A stretch of DNA of 64,000 nt from Terriglobia bacterium (GCA_965222885.1 OZ244973.1:1398172-1462171); one strand, 5' to 3'. Numbered from the stretch's first letter, positions 8,511 through 19,567 are shown. The notes: generated by a model from the letters alone, not told the origin. Numbers and translations: made by a program.

Positions 8511-9347
8511 CTAGTTCTCCTTTTCGGGTTGAAACTCGTCCACGCCGAAGTCCCAGATTTCCCAGTTTAAGCGTTCTCCGTTCAAGATTTCGGCCACGGC
8601 ATATTCCCCTTCCGGCAGGGGCTCGGTGGGCTCCATCTGGTAGATTCCGTCTGCAACCTTGCTTGTTTTCACGGTGATAGGTCGGCGGGATTCTTTCGGC
8701 TGGCCCCCGAAGGCGCCGACGGTAACGACCCCGACGCGCCTGGTTTTTTTCCTGGGGAGCAGTTCAATCAAAACGAATTGAGCGGGCTTTTCGTCGGGGA
8801 ATTGCAGATACAACACCGGGGAAGGATTCAGGATACGAAGGGCCGCGTGGCGCTGGGGCACAACCACGAAGGAACGTCTCTTGAGTACGGGAGCAACGGA
8901 GCCCAGAATTTTGCGTTTCTTATCGGCAACGAGTTCTCCCTGCGTCTGAATCAATTGAATGACCCGGTGACCGTCGAAGAGGAACACCCCCTGCGTCAGA
9001 GGTAGCATCACGCCGGGCTGGATCTCGACCCCCTGCGTGGTGGGGCGCACCGGCCTTGCGGCGGCAAAACGTGCCGCCTCCTGGAAATCCTTTTCCTTCT
9101 GCTGCTCTTCTTCTTCCCGGATGCGTTGGGTGGCCTCAAGGTCAACCAGTTCCTTGGGCAGCTCCTCCCAGCCGGACCGTTCCAGACTGTAGAACCGGAC
9201 CCGATTCCCCTTCAGTTCGTATTCCCGAACCAGATGGAACGTGCCGTCCTTGAGATGGAGCTTGGTGCCCCTCGGCAAAGCCTGAGGACCGTAGAGCGGC
9301 AGCCAACTTAGCAACAGCCAGCTTGCGATGAATTCCCGCAACCGCAT
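8511..9347 (-). CDS. hypothetical secreted protein
   Basis: 278-aa ORF with an N-terminal signal-like MRLREFIASWLLLSWLPLYG and a charged coiled segment. No family recognised. Confidence 0.5.
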   Translation of the reverse strand: MRLREFIASWLLLSWLPLYGPQALPRGTKLHLKDGTFHLVREYELKGNRVRFYSLERSGWEELPKELVDLEATQRIREEEEQQKEKDFQEAARFAAARPVRPTTQGVEIQPGVMLPLTQGVFLFDGHRVIQLIQTQGELVADKKRKILGSVAPVLKRRSFVVVPQRHAALRILNPSPVLYLQFPDEKPAQFVLIELLPRKKTRRVGVVTVGAFGGQPKESRRPITVKTSKVADGIYQMEPTEPLPEGEYAVAEILNGERLNWEIWDFGVDEFQPEKEN

Positions 9348-9597
9348 TCGCTTTGCCTCGCTTCAGGCCTCCTGATAGTTTAGATGCCTTTGGAGCTGGG
9401 GTTTAGTATATCTTGCACCAAGGGCGTGAGGTCGGCAATCCGAAAGCAGAGCCGGGTGCGCTCTCACCCCGTAAATCCTGATCCACCCAGGACTTCCTTT
9501 CCGGGGAAGGCAGCCCCTCCCCCCATCCATATCCTGCCCGTGCGCGCGAGCGAACGGATATGGTAAGATAAATCTTACAGACCTGCCACGAGCGCCC

Positions 9598-10296
9598 ATG
9601 AAATTCGGAGTCATCGTTTTCCCCGGCAGCAATTGCGACCATGACGCATACCACGTTCTGAGTAAGGTCGTCCACCAACCCGTCGAGTTTATTTGGCATG
9701 AGTCGAGCGACGTTTCCTCCCTGGATGCCATGATCGTCCCGGGAGGGTTTTCCTATGGAGATTACTTGCGGACCGGAGCCTTGGCCCGTTTCTCGCCGGT
9801 CATGAAGGCCGTCGAGAGGTTCGCGCGCTCGGGGGGCCTGGTCCTCGGCATCTGCAACGGCTTCCAGATTCTCGTGGAATGTGGAATGCTCCCCGGAGCT
9901 TTGATGGCGAACCGCGGATTGCGGTTTATCTGCCGGTTTGTTCATGTACGGGTGGAAAACACCGCGACGCCTTTCACCCGGGCCTGCGCCCTAGGACAAG
10001 TTCTCAAGATGCCGATTGCCCACATGGGCGGCAGTTATTTTGCCGAGCAGGAAACGCTGCTTGAATTGCAGCGGCGCGATCAGGTCGTCTTCCGTTACTG
10101 TGACCCGCAGGGCCGTCTGCTGGCCGAGGCCAACCCCAATGGCTCGGTGGAGGCCATTGCGGGAGTAGTAAACCGGGAAGGGAATGTTCTGGGGATGATG
10201 CCTCACCCCGAGCGGGCCGGCGAGGCGGTTCTGGCCTCCACGGATGGTCTCTTCGTTTTCCGATCTATGCTAGGTGCTGCCGTCGGCAGGACGTGA
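9598..10296 (+). CDS. purQ: phosphoribosylformylglycinamidine synthase subunit PurQ (glutaminase)
   Basis: [19 protein letters not shown] ..., catalytic GICNGFQ, MPHPER. Confidence 0.9.
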   Translation: MKFGVIVFPGSNCDHDAYHVLSKVVHQPVEFIWHESSDVSSLDAMIVPGGFSYGDYLRTGALARFSPVMKAVERFARSGGLVLGICNGFQILVECGMLPGALMANRGLRFICRFVHVRVENTATPFTRACALGQVLKMPIAHMGGSYFAEQETLLELQRRDQVVFRYCDPQGRLLAEANPNGSVEAIAGVVNREGNVLGMMPHPERAGEAVLASTDGLFVFRSMLGAAVGRT

Positions 10297-12641
10297 GTTC
10301 CGCCAAGGGGCAGAACCGCCACGCGGAATTGGCTATGGAAACAAAAACGATCGAACCGGAACTGATTGAACGGCACAACCTGACCGAGGAGGAATTTCAA
10401 CGTATCGTTTTTCTGCTGGGGCGGGAGCCTACCCTTACGGAGTTGGGCATCTTCAGCGTGATGTGGAGTGAGCATTGCAGCTACAAAAGCTCCAAGGCGC
10501 ATCTGGCGCGGTTGCCCACCGAGGGGCCAAGGATTCTTCAGGGTCCGGGGGAAAACGCCGGCGTGGTGGACCTGGGAGACGGCTACGTAGCCGTCTTTAA
10601 GATCGAGTCGCACAACCATCCGAGCTTTATCGAACCTCATCAAGGAGCTGCCACGGGGGTAGGGGGCATCCTGCGCGACATCTTTACCATGGGGGCGCGT
10701 CCCATTGCGCTTCTTGACTCGCTTCGCTTCGGCCCGCTGGAGGCCAATAAGAATCGGAGCCTTTTGGAGGGCGTGGTCGCGGGTATTGCAGGATACGGCA
10801 ACTGCATCGGCGTGCCTACGGTGGGCGGGGAGATCGTTTTCGAAGAATGCTACAGCCAGAATCCCTTGGTGAACGTCTTTTGCCTGGGCGTCGCGAGGCG
10901 GGACCACATTTTTTACGGGAAGGCGCATGGAGTCGGCAACCTCGTCATCTATGCCGGCGCCAAGACGGGCCGGGACGGCATTCATGGAGCCACGATGGCC
11001 TCGGCGGAGTTCGATGATTCGGCGGCCACGGCCCAGGAGAAGCGGCCGAACGTACAGGTGGGCGACCCGTTCCTGGAAAAATTGCTGTTGGAAGCCTGCC
11101 TGGAGGCCATGCGGGCCGGCGTGGTGGTCGGCATTCAGGATATGGGAGCGGCGGGCTTGACCTGTTCCACCTGTGAGATGGGCGCCCGGGCCGGAACAGG
11201 TATCGAAGTCGAACTGGACCGGGTCCCGCAGCGGGAAGCCGGCATGACTCCCTATGAGATCATGCTCAGCGAATCGCAGGAGCGCATGTTGCTGGTGGCC
11301 GAGAGGGGCCGGGAAGAGGAAGTCTCCGCCATCTTCCGGCGCTGGGGCTTGGATGCGGTGGTGATCGGAGAGGTGACTGAGAAGCCGAAGTTAAGGATTC
11401 AAAAAGACGGAGAAGTAGTGGCGGAAATTCCCAACGCGGCTCTGACCGACGAAGCGCCCCGCTATGATCGACCGCTTAGGCTCCCGGAGCCGGCCCCGGA
11501 TGGGTTGGGCAGTGAGGTTGAATCCCTGTTGCGCAAGAGTCGGGGTGAGGGCTTGGAGCAGGATCTCCTCCGGCTTCTTGCCAGCCCTACCATTGCCTCC
11601 AAAAGCTGGGTCTATGAGCAATACGATCACATGGTACGCACCAACACGGTGATTCCTCCCGGTGGGGATGCCTCTGTGGTCAGGGTCAAGGGCACGGAGA
11701 AGGCGTTGGCCATAACGGTGGACGGAAACGGGCGGTATTGCCGCCTCCACCCGCGCCGGGGCGCCACGTTGGCCGTGGCCGAGGCGGCTCGCAATTTGGT
11801 GGTTACCGGAGCTCACCCGCTGGCGGTTACCGACTGCCTTAATTTCGGCAATCCGGAAAAGCCGGAGGTGATGGGGGAATTCAGCGAAGTGATCGACGGG
11901 CTGGCGGAAGCTTGCCGGGTTCTGGAAACGCCGGTTACGGGGGGCAACGTCAGTTTCTACAACGACACTCTGGGCCGGTCGATCTTTCCCACGCCGGTGG
12001 TCGGCATGGTGGGCCTGATCGAGGACGTGAAGCGGGTCATGGGATCGGCCTTTCGGCGCGAGGGTCGAGCGGTCCTTTTGTTGAGGGGCGGGAACGATGC
12101 ACGATCCAATCCGGAAGAATTCGCCCGGCAATGCACCTGGCTGGCCTCCTCGGAGTACATCAAAGTCCGGCTGGGACGGTTCGGGGGCGAGCCGCCGGAA
12201 ATCGACCTCACCCGGGAAAGAAGAGTGCAGCATTGTTGCCGGGAACTGATAGCCCAAGGGCTGGTCGAATCAGCACATGACGTCTCCGAGGGTGGGCTCC
12301 TCGTGGCGGTGCTGGAGAGCGCCTTCGGAAGCCGGGTCGAAAACCTGGGGGTTCGGCTGGAAGTAGAGACAGGCTTGCCGCCGGAAATCTTTCTGTTTGG
12401 TGAGGCGCCCTCCCGAATCCTTTTCAGCATGGAGGAGAAAAATGTTGCGGTGGGCCGGGAGATTGCCGCAAAATATAAGCTAGACTTTACGCGGGTTGGA
12501 GCCACCCAAATCGAATGGGTCGAAGTAAAAGCCGACGTCGGTATCATTCTCCGCTCCCGCGTCCGCGATTTGCATCAAGCCTGGCGAACCGCCCTGGAAG
12601 GGTGTCTGGAAACAGCCGAAAGGTCTTCGGCAGCCCGTTAA
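10293..12641 (+). CDS. purL: phosphoribosylformylglycinamidine synthase subunit PurL
   Basis: 782 aa. [32 protein letters not shown] and the duplicated AIR-synthase-like fold. The GTGA start overlaps the purQ stop. Confidence 0.9.
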   Translation: MSSAKGQNRHAELAMETKTIEPELIERHNLTEEEFQRIVFLLGREPTLTELGIFSVMWSEHCSYKSSKAHLARLPTEGPRILQGPGENAGVVDLGDGYVAVFKIESHNHPSFIEPHQGAATGVGGILRDIFTMGARPIALLDSLRFGPLEANKNRSLLEGVVAGIAGYGNCIGVPTVGGEIVFEECYSQNPLVNVFCLGVARRDHIFYGKAHGVGNLVIYAGAKTGRDGIHGATMASAEFDDSAATAQEKRPNVQVGDPFLEKLLLEACLEAMRAGVVVGIQDMGAAGLTCSTCEMGARAGTGIEVELDRVPQREAGMTPYEIMLSESQERMLLVAERGREEEVSAIFRRWGLDAVVIGEVTEKPKLRIQKDGEVVAEIPNAALTDEAPRYDRPLRLPEPAPDGLGSEVESLLRKSRGEGLEQDLLRLLASPTIASKSWVYEQYDHMVRTNTVIPPGGDASVVRVKGTEKALAITVDGNGRYCRLHPRRGATLAVAEAARNLVVTGAHPLAVTDCLNFGNPEKPEVMGEFSEVIDGLAEACRVLETPVTGGNVSFYNDTLGRSIFPTPVVGMVGLIEDVKRVMGSAFRREGRAVLLLRGGNDARSNPEEFARQCTWLASSEYIKVRLGRFGGEPPEIDLTRERRVQHCCRELIAQGLVESAHDVSEGGLLVAVLESAFGSRVENLGVRLEVETGLPPEIFLFGEAPSRILFSMEEKNVAVGREIAAKYKLDFTRVGATQIEWVEVKADVGIILRSRVRDLHQAWRTALEGCLETAERSSAAR

Positions 12642-12660
12642 GCTCTCCGCGAGGAGCGGG

Positions 12661-14130
12661 TTGTGTTGCCCTGTCACTTCTGAAATCCCCGAGGGATTTG
12701 TGAATCCTACACGAACGAGCTTTCCCGTCTTACAGTCGGACGACGATAAATTCCACGAAGAGTGCGGTGTGTTTGCCGTCTTGGGCCATCCAGAGGCGGC
12801 CAAGCTGACCTACTTGGGACTCTATGCCCTTCAGCATCGCGGCCAGGAGAGTGCCGGCATTACTTCTTCGGACGGCGAAATGCTCTTCAACGAGAAGGGG
12901 ATGGGGCATGTAGGGGAAATTTTCACCGAGGAGGTGCTGGCCCGGTTGCCGGGGCGGTCCGCCATCGGTCATACGCGATATTCGACAGCCGGTGATACGA
13001 GCTTTCAGAATGCTCAGCCTTTGTGTGTGGACTTTGTAAAAGGCAAAATAGCCCTGGCGCATAACGGGAACCTGGCGAATGGCGGGCGTCTTCGTCGCGA
13101 GCTGGAAGCCCGAGGGTCCATCTTTCAAACCAACAGTGACAGCGAGGTCGTTCTGCACTTGTTGGCTCATGCGAAAGCTCCGGGTTTGCCGGAGGCGATC
13201 GCCGAGACGCTCGACAAGCTGGTAGGAGCCTTTACCGCGGTCATGGTTACTCCCGGCATGGTGATCGGCATCCGAGACCCGCGGGGGTTTCGGCCGCTTG
13301 CGTTGGGAAAATTGGAGGGTGCCTACGTTCTCGCCTCGGAGACCTGCGCTTTCGACTTGATCAATGCCCACTACCTGCGCGACGTCGAGCCGGGAGAGAT
13401 GGTGATCCTGAACGACCGGGGGCTGACGTCGTTTCGCTTCGCCCCGCCGGGTCCTCATTCTTTCTGCATTTTTGAGCACGTTTATTTCTCCCGTCCGGAC
13501 AGTTTTACCTTCGGCCGGCAGGTTCAGACAAGCCGGGAAAATCTGGGCCGGATACTGGCCCAGGAGAGTCCCGTGCAAGCCGACGTGGTGGTCCCGGTGC
13601 CCGACTCGGGCGTGGCGGCGGCCATCGGCTACTCCCAAGGCTTAGATATTCCTCTTAAGTTTGCCCTGATACGGAATCACTACGTGGGAAGAACATTCAT
13701 CGAGCCGCAACAATCGATCCGGGATTTCGGAGTCAAGCTGAAGCTGAATCCGGTCCGCAGCCTGATCGAGGGCCAACGGGTGGTGCTGGTGGATGACTCG
13801 ATTGTCCGGGGCACCACGAGCCGCAAGATCGTCCGCATGGTGCGGCAGGCCGGGGCTCGTGAGGTGCACCTTCGGATCAGTTGCCCCCCCACCATCTCGC
13901 CCTGTTACTACGGCATCGACACGCCCACCGAGAAGGAGCTGATTGCTTGCGCACATTCGGTTGAGGAGATTCGGAATTATTGCGAAGCTGACAGCTTGGC
14001 GTATCTCTCTCTGGAAGGATTGCGCCGGGCTGTGGGGGACGACAAAGGAAATTACTGCCTGGCCTGCTATACGGGTTCCTATCCTACTCCGGTCAGTGAA
14101 CCGGAATTGGCAATTCTCAATCGGCGATAA
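12661..14130 (+). CDS. purF: amidophosphoribosyltransferase
   Basis: Ntn Cys in HEECGVFAVLGH, YALQHRGQESAGI, PRTase VVLVDDSIVRGTTS, Fe-S type CYYGIDTP. The N-terminal propeptide length and start are uncertain. Confidence 0.9.
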   Translation: MCCPVTSEIPEGFVNPTRTSFPVLQSDDDKFHEECGVFAVLGHPEAAKLTYLGLYALQHRGQESAGITSSDGEMLFNEKGMGHVGEIFTEEVLARLPGRSAIGHTRYSTAGDTSFQNAQPLCVDFVKGKIALAHNGNLANGGRLRRELEARGSIFQTNSDSEVVLHLLAHAKAPGLPEAIAETLDKLVGAFTAVMVTPGMVIGIRDPRGFRPLALGKLEGAYVLASETCAFDLINAHYLRDVEPGEMVILNDRGLTSFRFAPPGPHSFCIFEHVYFSRPDSFTFGRQVQTSRENLGRILAQESPVQADVVVPVPDSGVAAAIGYSQGLDIPLKFALIRNHYVGRTFIEPQQSIRDFGVKLKLNPVRSLIEGQRVVLVDDSIVRGTTSRKIVRMVRQAGAREVHLRISCPPTISPCYYGIDTPTEKELIACAHSVEEIRNYCEADSLAYLSLEGLRRAVGDDKGNYCLACYTGSYPTPVSEPELAILNRR

Positions 14131-14424
14131 ATCCATGGCTCAGGGGACCCCGGCCTCGAAGCCCCAGGTTCGGCCCCAACAAGCTGTGGCGGAGTCTCCG
14201 GCTCCTCGCCCCTTCGTGATGGAAGCCACGGTCCCCACCAAATCAATGGAGAAGGCGACCCTCTTTGTTTCCAGGACGTGCTGGTCCCGACCGGGCAAAG
14301 TCCTCGGAGGCGCCTGCAAGAAAACAGGTATGCCGCAAGGTGTTCCCGGCGCGGACGCGCGGAGGTTGGCGTCTCCTCCGGACTGGGTCTTGCGGGACCT
14401 GAATCATCTTACCCAAGGAACCGA

Positions 14425-15444
14425 ATGCGGTACGCGGATGCGGGAGTTGACATCGATCGCGCCGGCCGGGTGAAGCGGGATATTAAACGGCTGGCGGGGC
14501 GGACGTTCGGGCCGCAGGTCCTGGCTCCTCTGGGAGGATTCGGAGGTCTTTTTCGCCTGGAGCGGAAACAGAGAGAGGGAGTCCTGGTCGCGAGCATCGA
14601 CGGCGTGGGAACCAAATTGACTCTTGCCTTCGAGCTTGAGGGGCACCCGCAGATCGGGGAGGATTTGGTCAATCATTGTGTCAACGATATTCTGGTGCTG
14701 GGCGCCAAGCCGCTTTTTTTTCTGGACTACCTGGCCGCCGGCAAGCTGGACCCGGATACCCTCAGGAACGTTGTTCGCGGACTCACGCGGGCGTGCCGAA
14801 AGGTTGGCTGTGCGTTGATCGGAGGAGAGACGGCTGAAATGCCGGGCGTTTACGCGCACGGCCAATATGACTTGGCCGGGTGCATCGTCGGGTACGTGGA
14901 GCGGCGGAGACTTATCGACGGCCGACGCATCCGGCCCGGCGACGTAATTCTGGGGTTGCCCTCGCTGGGGCTTCATACCAATGGCTATTCCTTGGCGCGG
15001 AAAGTGCTGTTGGACGGAGCAGGATTCGGATTGAGGAAGAAGCTCCCTGGACTGCGCCGAACTCTGGGCAAGGAACTACTGGCTCCTCACCGGTGCTATG
15101 GACCCCTGTTGGAGCCTCTGGTAAGCCGGGGCCTGCTAAACGGTTTGGCTCACATCACGGGAGGGGGTATGACGGATAATATTCCGCGCGTGTTGCCTTC
15201 CCGCTGCCAGGCGGAGATTCACCGCGGGAGCTGGCGGGTCCTGCCCATCTTCCGATTGATCGAGCGGTTGGGCGAGGTAGCCGAACCGGAGATGTACAGA
15301 ACTTTTAACATGGGGATCGGCATGATATTGATCGTCGGTCGAAGGCAGTTGCCGGCCGTGGTTCGTCATCTGACGCGAGCTAAAGAAAGGTTTTGCGAGA
15401 TCGGTTCCATCCGTCGAGGTCCCGCTCGGGTCCAGTATCGTTAG
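14425..15444 (+). CDS. purM: phosphoribosylformylglycinamidine cyclo-ligase (AIR synthetase)
   Basis: ATG at 14425 after AAGGAA gives the canonical MRYADAGVDIDRAG. DGVGTKL and GGETAEMPG are present. The track ORF starts at 14278. Confidence 0.9.
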   Translation: MRYADAGVDIDRAGRVKRDIKRLAGRTFGPQVLAPLGGFGGLFRLERKQREGVLVASIDGVGTKLTLAFELEGHPQIGEDLVNHCVNDILVLGAKPLFFLDYLAAGKLDPDTLRNVVRGLTRACRKVGCALIGGETAEMPGVYAHGQYDLAGCIVGYVERRRLIDGRRIRPGDVILGLPSLGLHTNGYSLARKVLLDGAGFGLRKKLPGLRRTLGKELLAPHRCYGPLLEPLVSRGLLNGLAHITGGGMTDNIPRVLPSRCQAEIHRGSWRVLPIFRLIERLGEVAEPEMYRTFNMGIGMILIVGRRQLPAVVRHLTRAKERFCEIGSIRRGPARVQYR

Positions 15445-15534
15445 GGCTCTTTCAGGGGCTGAGTGGACGGTTCCGTGAGGGCTGTTTCGCGGTGAAGGCC
15501 GGGGGCTGGATTGTCGCCAGAGAGGGGAAAAGTT

Positions 15535-16152
15535 TTGACGAAGTTGGGCATCTTACTTTCCGGGCGAGGCTCCAACTTTGAAGCGATCGCCGAACAGGTT
15601 CAACAGGGCAGGATTCCGGCCGAGATCGCCGTCGTTATCAGTAACCGTCCGGGAGCTCCGGGTCTGGAAAAAGCCGGCAAGAGGGGACTCGAGACTCTCT
15701 GTCTTCCTGCGAAGGGACGTGAGCGCGACGAGTATGACCGGGCCCTGGTGCAGGAACTCGAAGAGCGCAAAGTAGATTGGGTCTGTTTGGCTGGTTTCAT
15801 GCGCCTTCTGAGTCCCACCTTTATCCGCGCTTTTCCCAACCGGGTACTGAACATTCACCCCTCCCTGCTGCCGGCTTTTCCGGGGCTGGAAGGGCAGCGC
15901 CAAGCCTTGGCGTGGGGAGTAAAATTCAGCGGATGCACGGTCCACATCGCGGATGAAAGCCTGGACGGGGGGCCTATTTTAATGCAGGCCGTCGTGCCCG
16001 TGCTGGAGGACGATACCGAGGAGACCCTCTCGGAACGCATCCTCGAGCAGGAGCACAGAATTTATCCCGAGGCAGTGCGCCGGGTCGTGGAAGGTCGAAT
16101 TCGCATTCAGGGACGGCGGGTCTTCATCCTGCCAGAAAATAGAATGGCGTGA
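15535..16152 (+). CDS. purN: phosphoribosylglycinamide formyltransferase
   Basis: (M)TKLGILLSGRGSNFEAI, NIHPSLLPAF, SGCTVHIADESLDGGPI. A TTG at 15535 follows GAGGGGAA; the track alternative is TTG at 15511. Confidence 0.85.
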   Translation: MTKLGILLSGRGSNFEAIAEQVQQGRIPAEIAVVISNRPGAPGLEKAGKRGLETLCLPAKGRERDEYDRALVQELEERKVDWVCLAGFMRLLSPTFIRAFPNRVLNIHPSLLPAFPGLEGQRQALAWGVKFSGCTVHIADESLDGGPILMQAVVPVLEDDTEETLSERILEQEHRIYPEAVRRVVEGRIRIQGRRVFILPENRMA

Positions 16153-16194
16153 ATCTCCCGCACCGAATGGGGAGAAAAGGTTCGATTTGAACCC

Positions 16195-17430
16195 ATGAAG
16201 CGAAAAGCCGAATTCAGTCTGGAAGAACAGGCGGCCTACCTGAGTCGAGGGGCTGAGGAGATCATACGTTCCGAAGAGTTGCACGCCAAGCTCAGACGCT
16301 CCTCCGAGACCGGCAAACCGCTCAATGTGAAAGTGGGGTTTGATCCCACGGCTCCCGACATTCACCTGGGGCACACGGTTCTGCTGCGCAAGATGAAGCA
16401 TTTTCAGGACCTGGGGCACACCGTCATTTTTCTCATCGGCGATTTTACCGGAATGATCGGCGACCCTTCGGGCCAGTCGGTCACACGCAAGGCAATGACT
16501 CGGGAGGAGGTGGCCGCCAACGCGGAAACTTATAAGAAGCAAATCTTCAAGATTCTGGATGCGGAAAAAACTCTGGTGGAGTTCAACAGCCGGTGGCTTT
16601 CCACCTTGAAGGGCGAGGACTGGATTTCCCTCTGTTCGAAATATACCGTGGCCCGAATGCTGGAGCGGGAGGATTTCGCCGAACGGCTGAAAACACAAAA
16701 GCCCGTCGCTGTGCACGAGCTGCTCTATCCTCTGGCGCAAGGGTATGACTCGGTGGCTCTGGAAGCCGACTTCGAGTTGGGCGGGCGAGACCAAAAATTC
16801 AACTTGTTGGTGGGCCGTGAACTGCAACGCGAGTACGGGTTGGAGGCGCAGGTCATCCTGACCATGCCGCTGCTCGAGGGCCTGGACGGCGTGCAGAAGA
16901 TGAGCAAGTCGCTCAATAATTACGTGGGAATTTACGATCCTCCGGAGGAGATGTTCGGAAAATTAATGTCGATCTCCGACAATTTGATGTTTCGATACTA
17001 CGAGCTCCTGACGGATTTGACGCCGGCGCAGATTGTGCGTTTGAACCACGACACCGCCTCCGGGAAGCTCCACCCGATCGAGGCCAAGACGGAGCTGGCC
17101 CGACAAATCGTCTCGGACTTACATTCGCCGGCCCGGGCACGCGATGCCGCCGAGGAGTTCTCCCGGGTGTTCCGCCAGCGGCAGGCGCCCTCGGAGATGA
17201 AAGTGAAGCAGCTGAAGCGTTCCCCGAAGCCGGTTCGCTTGACAAGGCTGATGGTGGATTCGGCCCTGGTCGCCTCGAACGCCGAGGCACAGCGGATGGT
17301 CAAACAAGGAAGTGTAATGGTGGATGGCCGGCGCGTCATGGACCTCAAAGCGGACCTGAATTGCTCGAAGCCGCAGGAGCACATCTTGAAAGTCGGAAAA
17401 CGGCGCTTTCTGAAGGTGGTGGTTCATTAG
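16195..17430 (+). CDS. tyrS: tyrosine--tRNA ligase (type 2, C-terminal S4 domain)
   Basis: HIGH-type PDIHLGH, KMSKS present ([10 protein letters not shown]), C-terminal S4-like [22 protein letters not shown]. Confidence 0.9.
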   Translation: MKRKAEFSLEEQAAYLSRGAEEIIRSEELHAKLRRSSETGKPLNVKVGFDPTAPDIHLGHTVLLRKMKHFQDLGHTVIFLIGDFTGMIGDPSGQSVTRKAMTREEVAANAETYKKQIFKILDAEKTLVEFNSRWLSTLKGEDWISLCSKYTVARMLEREDFAERLKTQKPVAVHELLYPLAQGYDSVALEADFELGGRDQKFNLLVGRELQREYGLEAQVILTMPLLEGLDGVQKMSKSLNNYVGIYDPPEEMFGKLMSISDNLMFRYYELLTDLTPAQIVRLNHDTASGKLHPIEAKTELARQIVSDLHSPARARDAAEEFSRVFRQRQAPSEMKVKQLKRSPKPVRLTRLMVDSALVASNAEAQRMVKQGSVMVDGRRVMDLKADLNCSKPQEHILKVGKRRFLKVVVH

Positions 17431-17533
17431 GGAGTACGCGGAACTCGAAGGGGGCCCCTAAAGGGGATTGATCGCGCGTGGGAAGCAAGCCCCGCTATCC
17501 GGCCAGGCGCGGCGCAAGGGGACCTGTTTTCGA

Positions 17534-17902
17534 CTACGGAGAGGAGGAGCGCAACCTAAGGACATAGACGATCTCTTTGCGGTTGTCGAAGCTACTCACC
17601 CGTCGCGCCCGAGAGGCCAAACCGTTGTGTTCGGCCTGTACTTCGTAATCTTCGTTGACCTTCAACCCGCCGAAGCGATAACGCCCCCCGTCGTCGGTAT
17701 AGACGGCACGGCTTACCTGAGTCTTCAGGTTGGTCAATTTGACCGTTGCTTGGGGCACTTCGTTTTCGTTTTCATCCACCACGCGGCCGCGTACAAGTTT
17801 AGTCGGGGCTTTCTTCTCCTTCGCGAACAGTGCCGCAACTGAGCCCACGTCAGCAAGCATAGCGGCGATCATCAAAGAAACCATCCATCGTCGGTTTTTC
17901 AT
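17534..17902 (-). CDS. secreted carboxypeptidase-regulatory-like (CarboxypepD_reg) domain protein
   Basis: ATG at 17902 after GGGGGAG. Signal MKNRRWMVSLMIAAMLA, then VRGRVVDENENEVPQATVKLTN ... DDGGRYRFGGLKVNEDYEV. Confidence 0.55.
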   Translation of the reverse strand: MKNRRWMVSLMIAAMLADVGSVAALFAKEKKAPTKLVRGRVVDENENEVPQATVKLTNLKTQVSRAVYTDDGGRYRFGGLKVNEDYEVQAEHNGLASRARRVSSFDNRKEIVYVLRLRSSSP

Positions 17903-17972
17903 AACTCCCCCCTCTCCCCGGAAACGGGTGTTCGGCCTACCGGCGCAACCCTGGGTTGCGCGCCCCGAGGGC

Positions 17973-18140
17973 TCAATAAAGCTCCTCCTCTTCCTCGTCT
18001 CCGACAACGACATCCAGTTCGAGGGGATGGGTGCTGACCATCTCGAGATCAAGGCCGCATTCGGGGCAGTCGAGTGTTTCACCCTCTTCCACGTCGTCAT
18101 CGGTCGTTATCAGCGTGTCACATTCTGGACAGTTGGCCAT
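17973..18140 (-). CDS. LysW-like zinc-ribbon protein with acidic tail (55 aa); below the ORF-track size cut-off
   Basis: Own translation: MANCPECDTLITTDDDVEEGETLDCPECGLDLEMVSTHPLELDVVVGDEEEEELY*. It follows the LysW pattern CPxC-x(n)-EGE-x3-CPxCG-x-LE-V-x4-P-x-L followed by a Glu-rich tail. Confidence 0.55.
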   Translation of the reverse strand: MANCPECDTLITTDDDVEEGETLDCPECGLDLEMVSTHPLELDVVVGDEEEEELY

Positions 18141-18361
18141 ACCGTATTCCTACCCATTGGTTTCCGCCTTTCCTTCATACAAATCTGTTTCATGGCGTTT
18201 GTCAAGAGCCAACCGGGATTTTCGTATAGGTATCGCTTGTCGGAAGGATGCGCTTCCCAGGCTCGTTTGTTATAGTGGCGGGACCGCCCTGGACCGAATG
18301 GAGAATCTTGGACCGGAAAGCCTTTTTTGCCGGCTGGGCGTAAGGTCGAAAAGAATCAAGC

Positions 18362-18799
18362 ATGAAGCGTGAATTTCCCGAGCGGCCCTTGGTAGGAGTG
18401 GGCGGGGTGGTGTTCTCGAACCGGCGAGTGTTGCTGGCTCGCCGCGCCCGGGACCCCTTGAAGGGCCAGTGGTCGATCCCCGGGGGCCTGCTTCATGTCG
18501 GCGAGAAGCTGGAAGCAGGCGTTCGGCGGGAGCTCAGAGAGGAAACGGGCCTCGAGGTGGAGCCGGTTTCCGTGCTGGGTGTATTCGACCGAATCCTGAC
18601 GGAGAAGAGCCGCGTCAAGTACCACTACGTTTTGATTGACTACCTCTGTCGTCGCTTGGAAGGAGAAGCCGTGCCGGGCTCGGATGTTTCCCAGGTGCGT
18701 TGGGTTCGGGTTGAGGAGCTCGGTGAGTTGCAACTCTGGGAGGATACGCGGGCCGTGGTGGAGAAAGCTTTCCGGCTCGCGGACTCATTCGGGCTGTAA
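18362..18799 (+). CDS. NUDIX hydrolase
   Basis: Nudix box GGLLHVGEKLEAGVRRELREETGLEV (Gx5Ex7REUxEExGU). Confidence 0.8.
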   Translation: MKREFPERPLVGVGGVVFSNRRVLLARRARDPLKGQWSIPGGLLHVGEKLEAGVRRELREETGLEVEPVSVLGVFDRILTEKSRVKYHYVLIDYLCRRLEGEAVPGSDVSQVRWVRVEELGELQLWEDTRAVVEKAFRLADSFGL

Positions 18800-18892
18800 C
18801 GACGAGCCAGGTGCCGTTTATCCCGGGGTAGCGGAAAGATCAGCGTCGGTAAACAGGACCCGTTCGCCGGTGGACGTGGGGGGCAAGGGAGA

Positions 18893-19567
18893 TCATTGGA
18901 CCCTGAAATGCTTTTCGGGCCACCCGTATTTGCCGATCAGGGGCACAAACTTGCAGGGGTCCAGAATGCGTTTGAGGTAGCGGTCTCCCTGTTTGATCGC
19001 GAGTGTCAAGTCTTGCTGCGTAAGGTCTCCCACCGGAAGCACCAGGCGGCCACCCTCACAGAGTTGGCGGGGCAGAACCGGAGGAATGTCAGGGGCCGCA
19101 GCGGTTACCAGGATGATGTCGAAGGGGGCTGCCGGTGGATAGCCTTCGCTACCGTCCCCCGAGAGGAGGGTGACGCGGTTGCATCCTAATGCCGTGAGTC
19201 GTGCCCGAGCGCTTTCCGACAGCACGGAGTTCCGCTCAATGGTAAAGACATCGGCGCCCAAGGCCGCCAGGATCGCGGCCTGATAGCCGGAGCCGGTTCC
19301 CACCTCCAGGGCTTTTTCCCCCGGCTGGGGATTGGCTGCCTGTGTCATAGCAGCAACGATGTAGGGTTGGGAAATGGTTTCGGAATCTCCGATGGCGATG
19401 GGCCGGTCCTCGTAGGCCTCGTCCACTTTCGAAGGCGGTACGAACTGATGCCGGGGAACGTGGAGGAGCGCCTCTAAGACGCGGGGGTTGTGGATGTTGC
19501 GGCGGCGGAGCTGAGTTTCAACCATCTCGCGCCTCTTCGCTTCAAATCGAATCGCCTCTGTCTTCAA
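18893..19567 (-). CDS. pcm: protein-L-isoaspartate O-methyltransferase
   Basis: VPRHQFVP, TISQPYIVAAM, SAM motif VLEVGTGSGYQAA. Confidence 0.9.
   Translation of the reverse strand: MKTEAIRFEAKRREMVETQLRRRNIHNPRVLEALLHVPRHQFVPPSKVDEAYEDRPIAIGDSETISQPYIVAAMTQAANPQPGEKALEVGTGSGYQAAILAALGADVFTIERNSVLSESARARLTALGCNRVTLLSGDGSEGYPPAAPFDIILVTAAAPDIPPVLPRQLCEGGRLVLPVGDLTQQDLTLAIKQGDRYLKRILDPCKFVPLIGKYGWPEKHFRVQ

Noticed and set aside
9400-9597. Possible purine or ZTP riboswitch in the 250-nt leader of purQ (GGGCGTGAGGTCGGC... and CCGTAAATCCTGA looked vaguely similar).
   Set aside because: The conserved cores I remember are absent: GACUGGCG...CCGCCUGGGC for ZTP, and the U-rich junction plus CCGUAAAUGUCCGACUA context for purine. 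Only a generic imperfect stem can be drawn. An Infernal run is needed to settle it.
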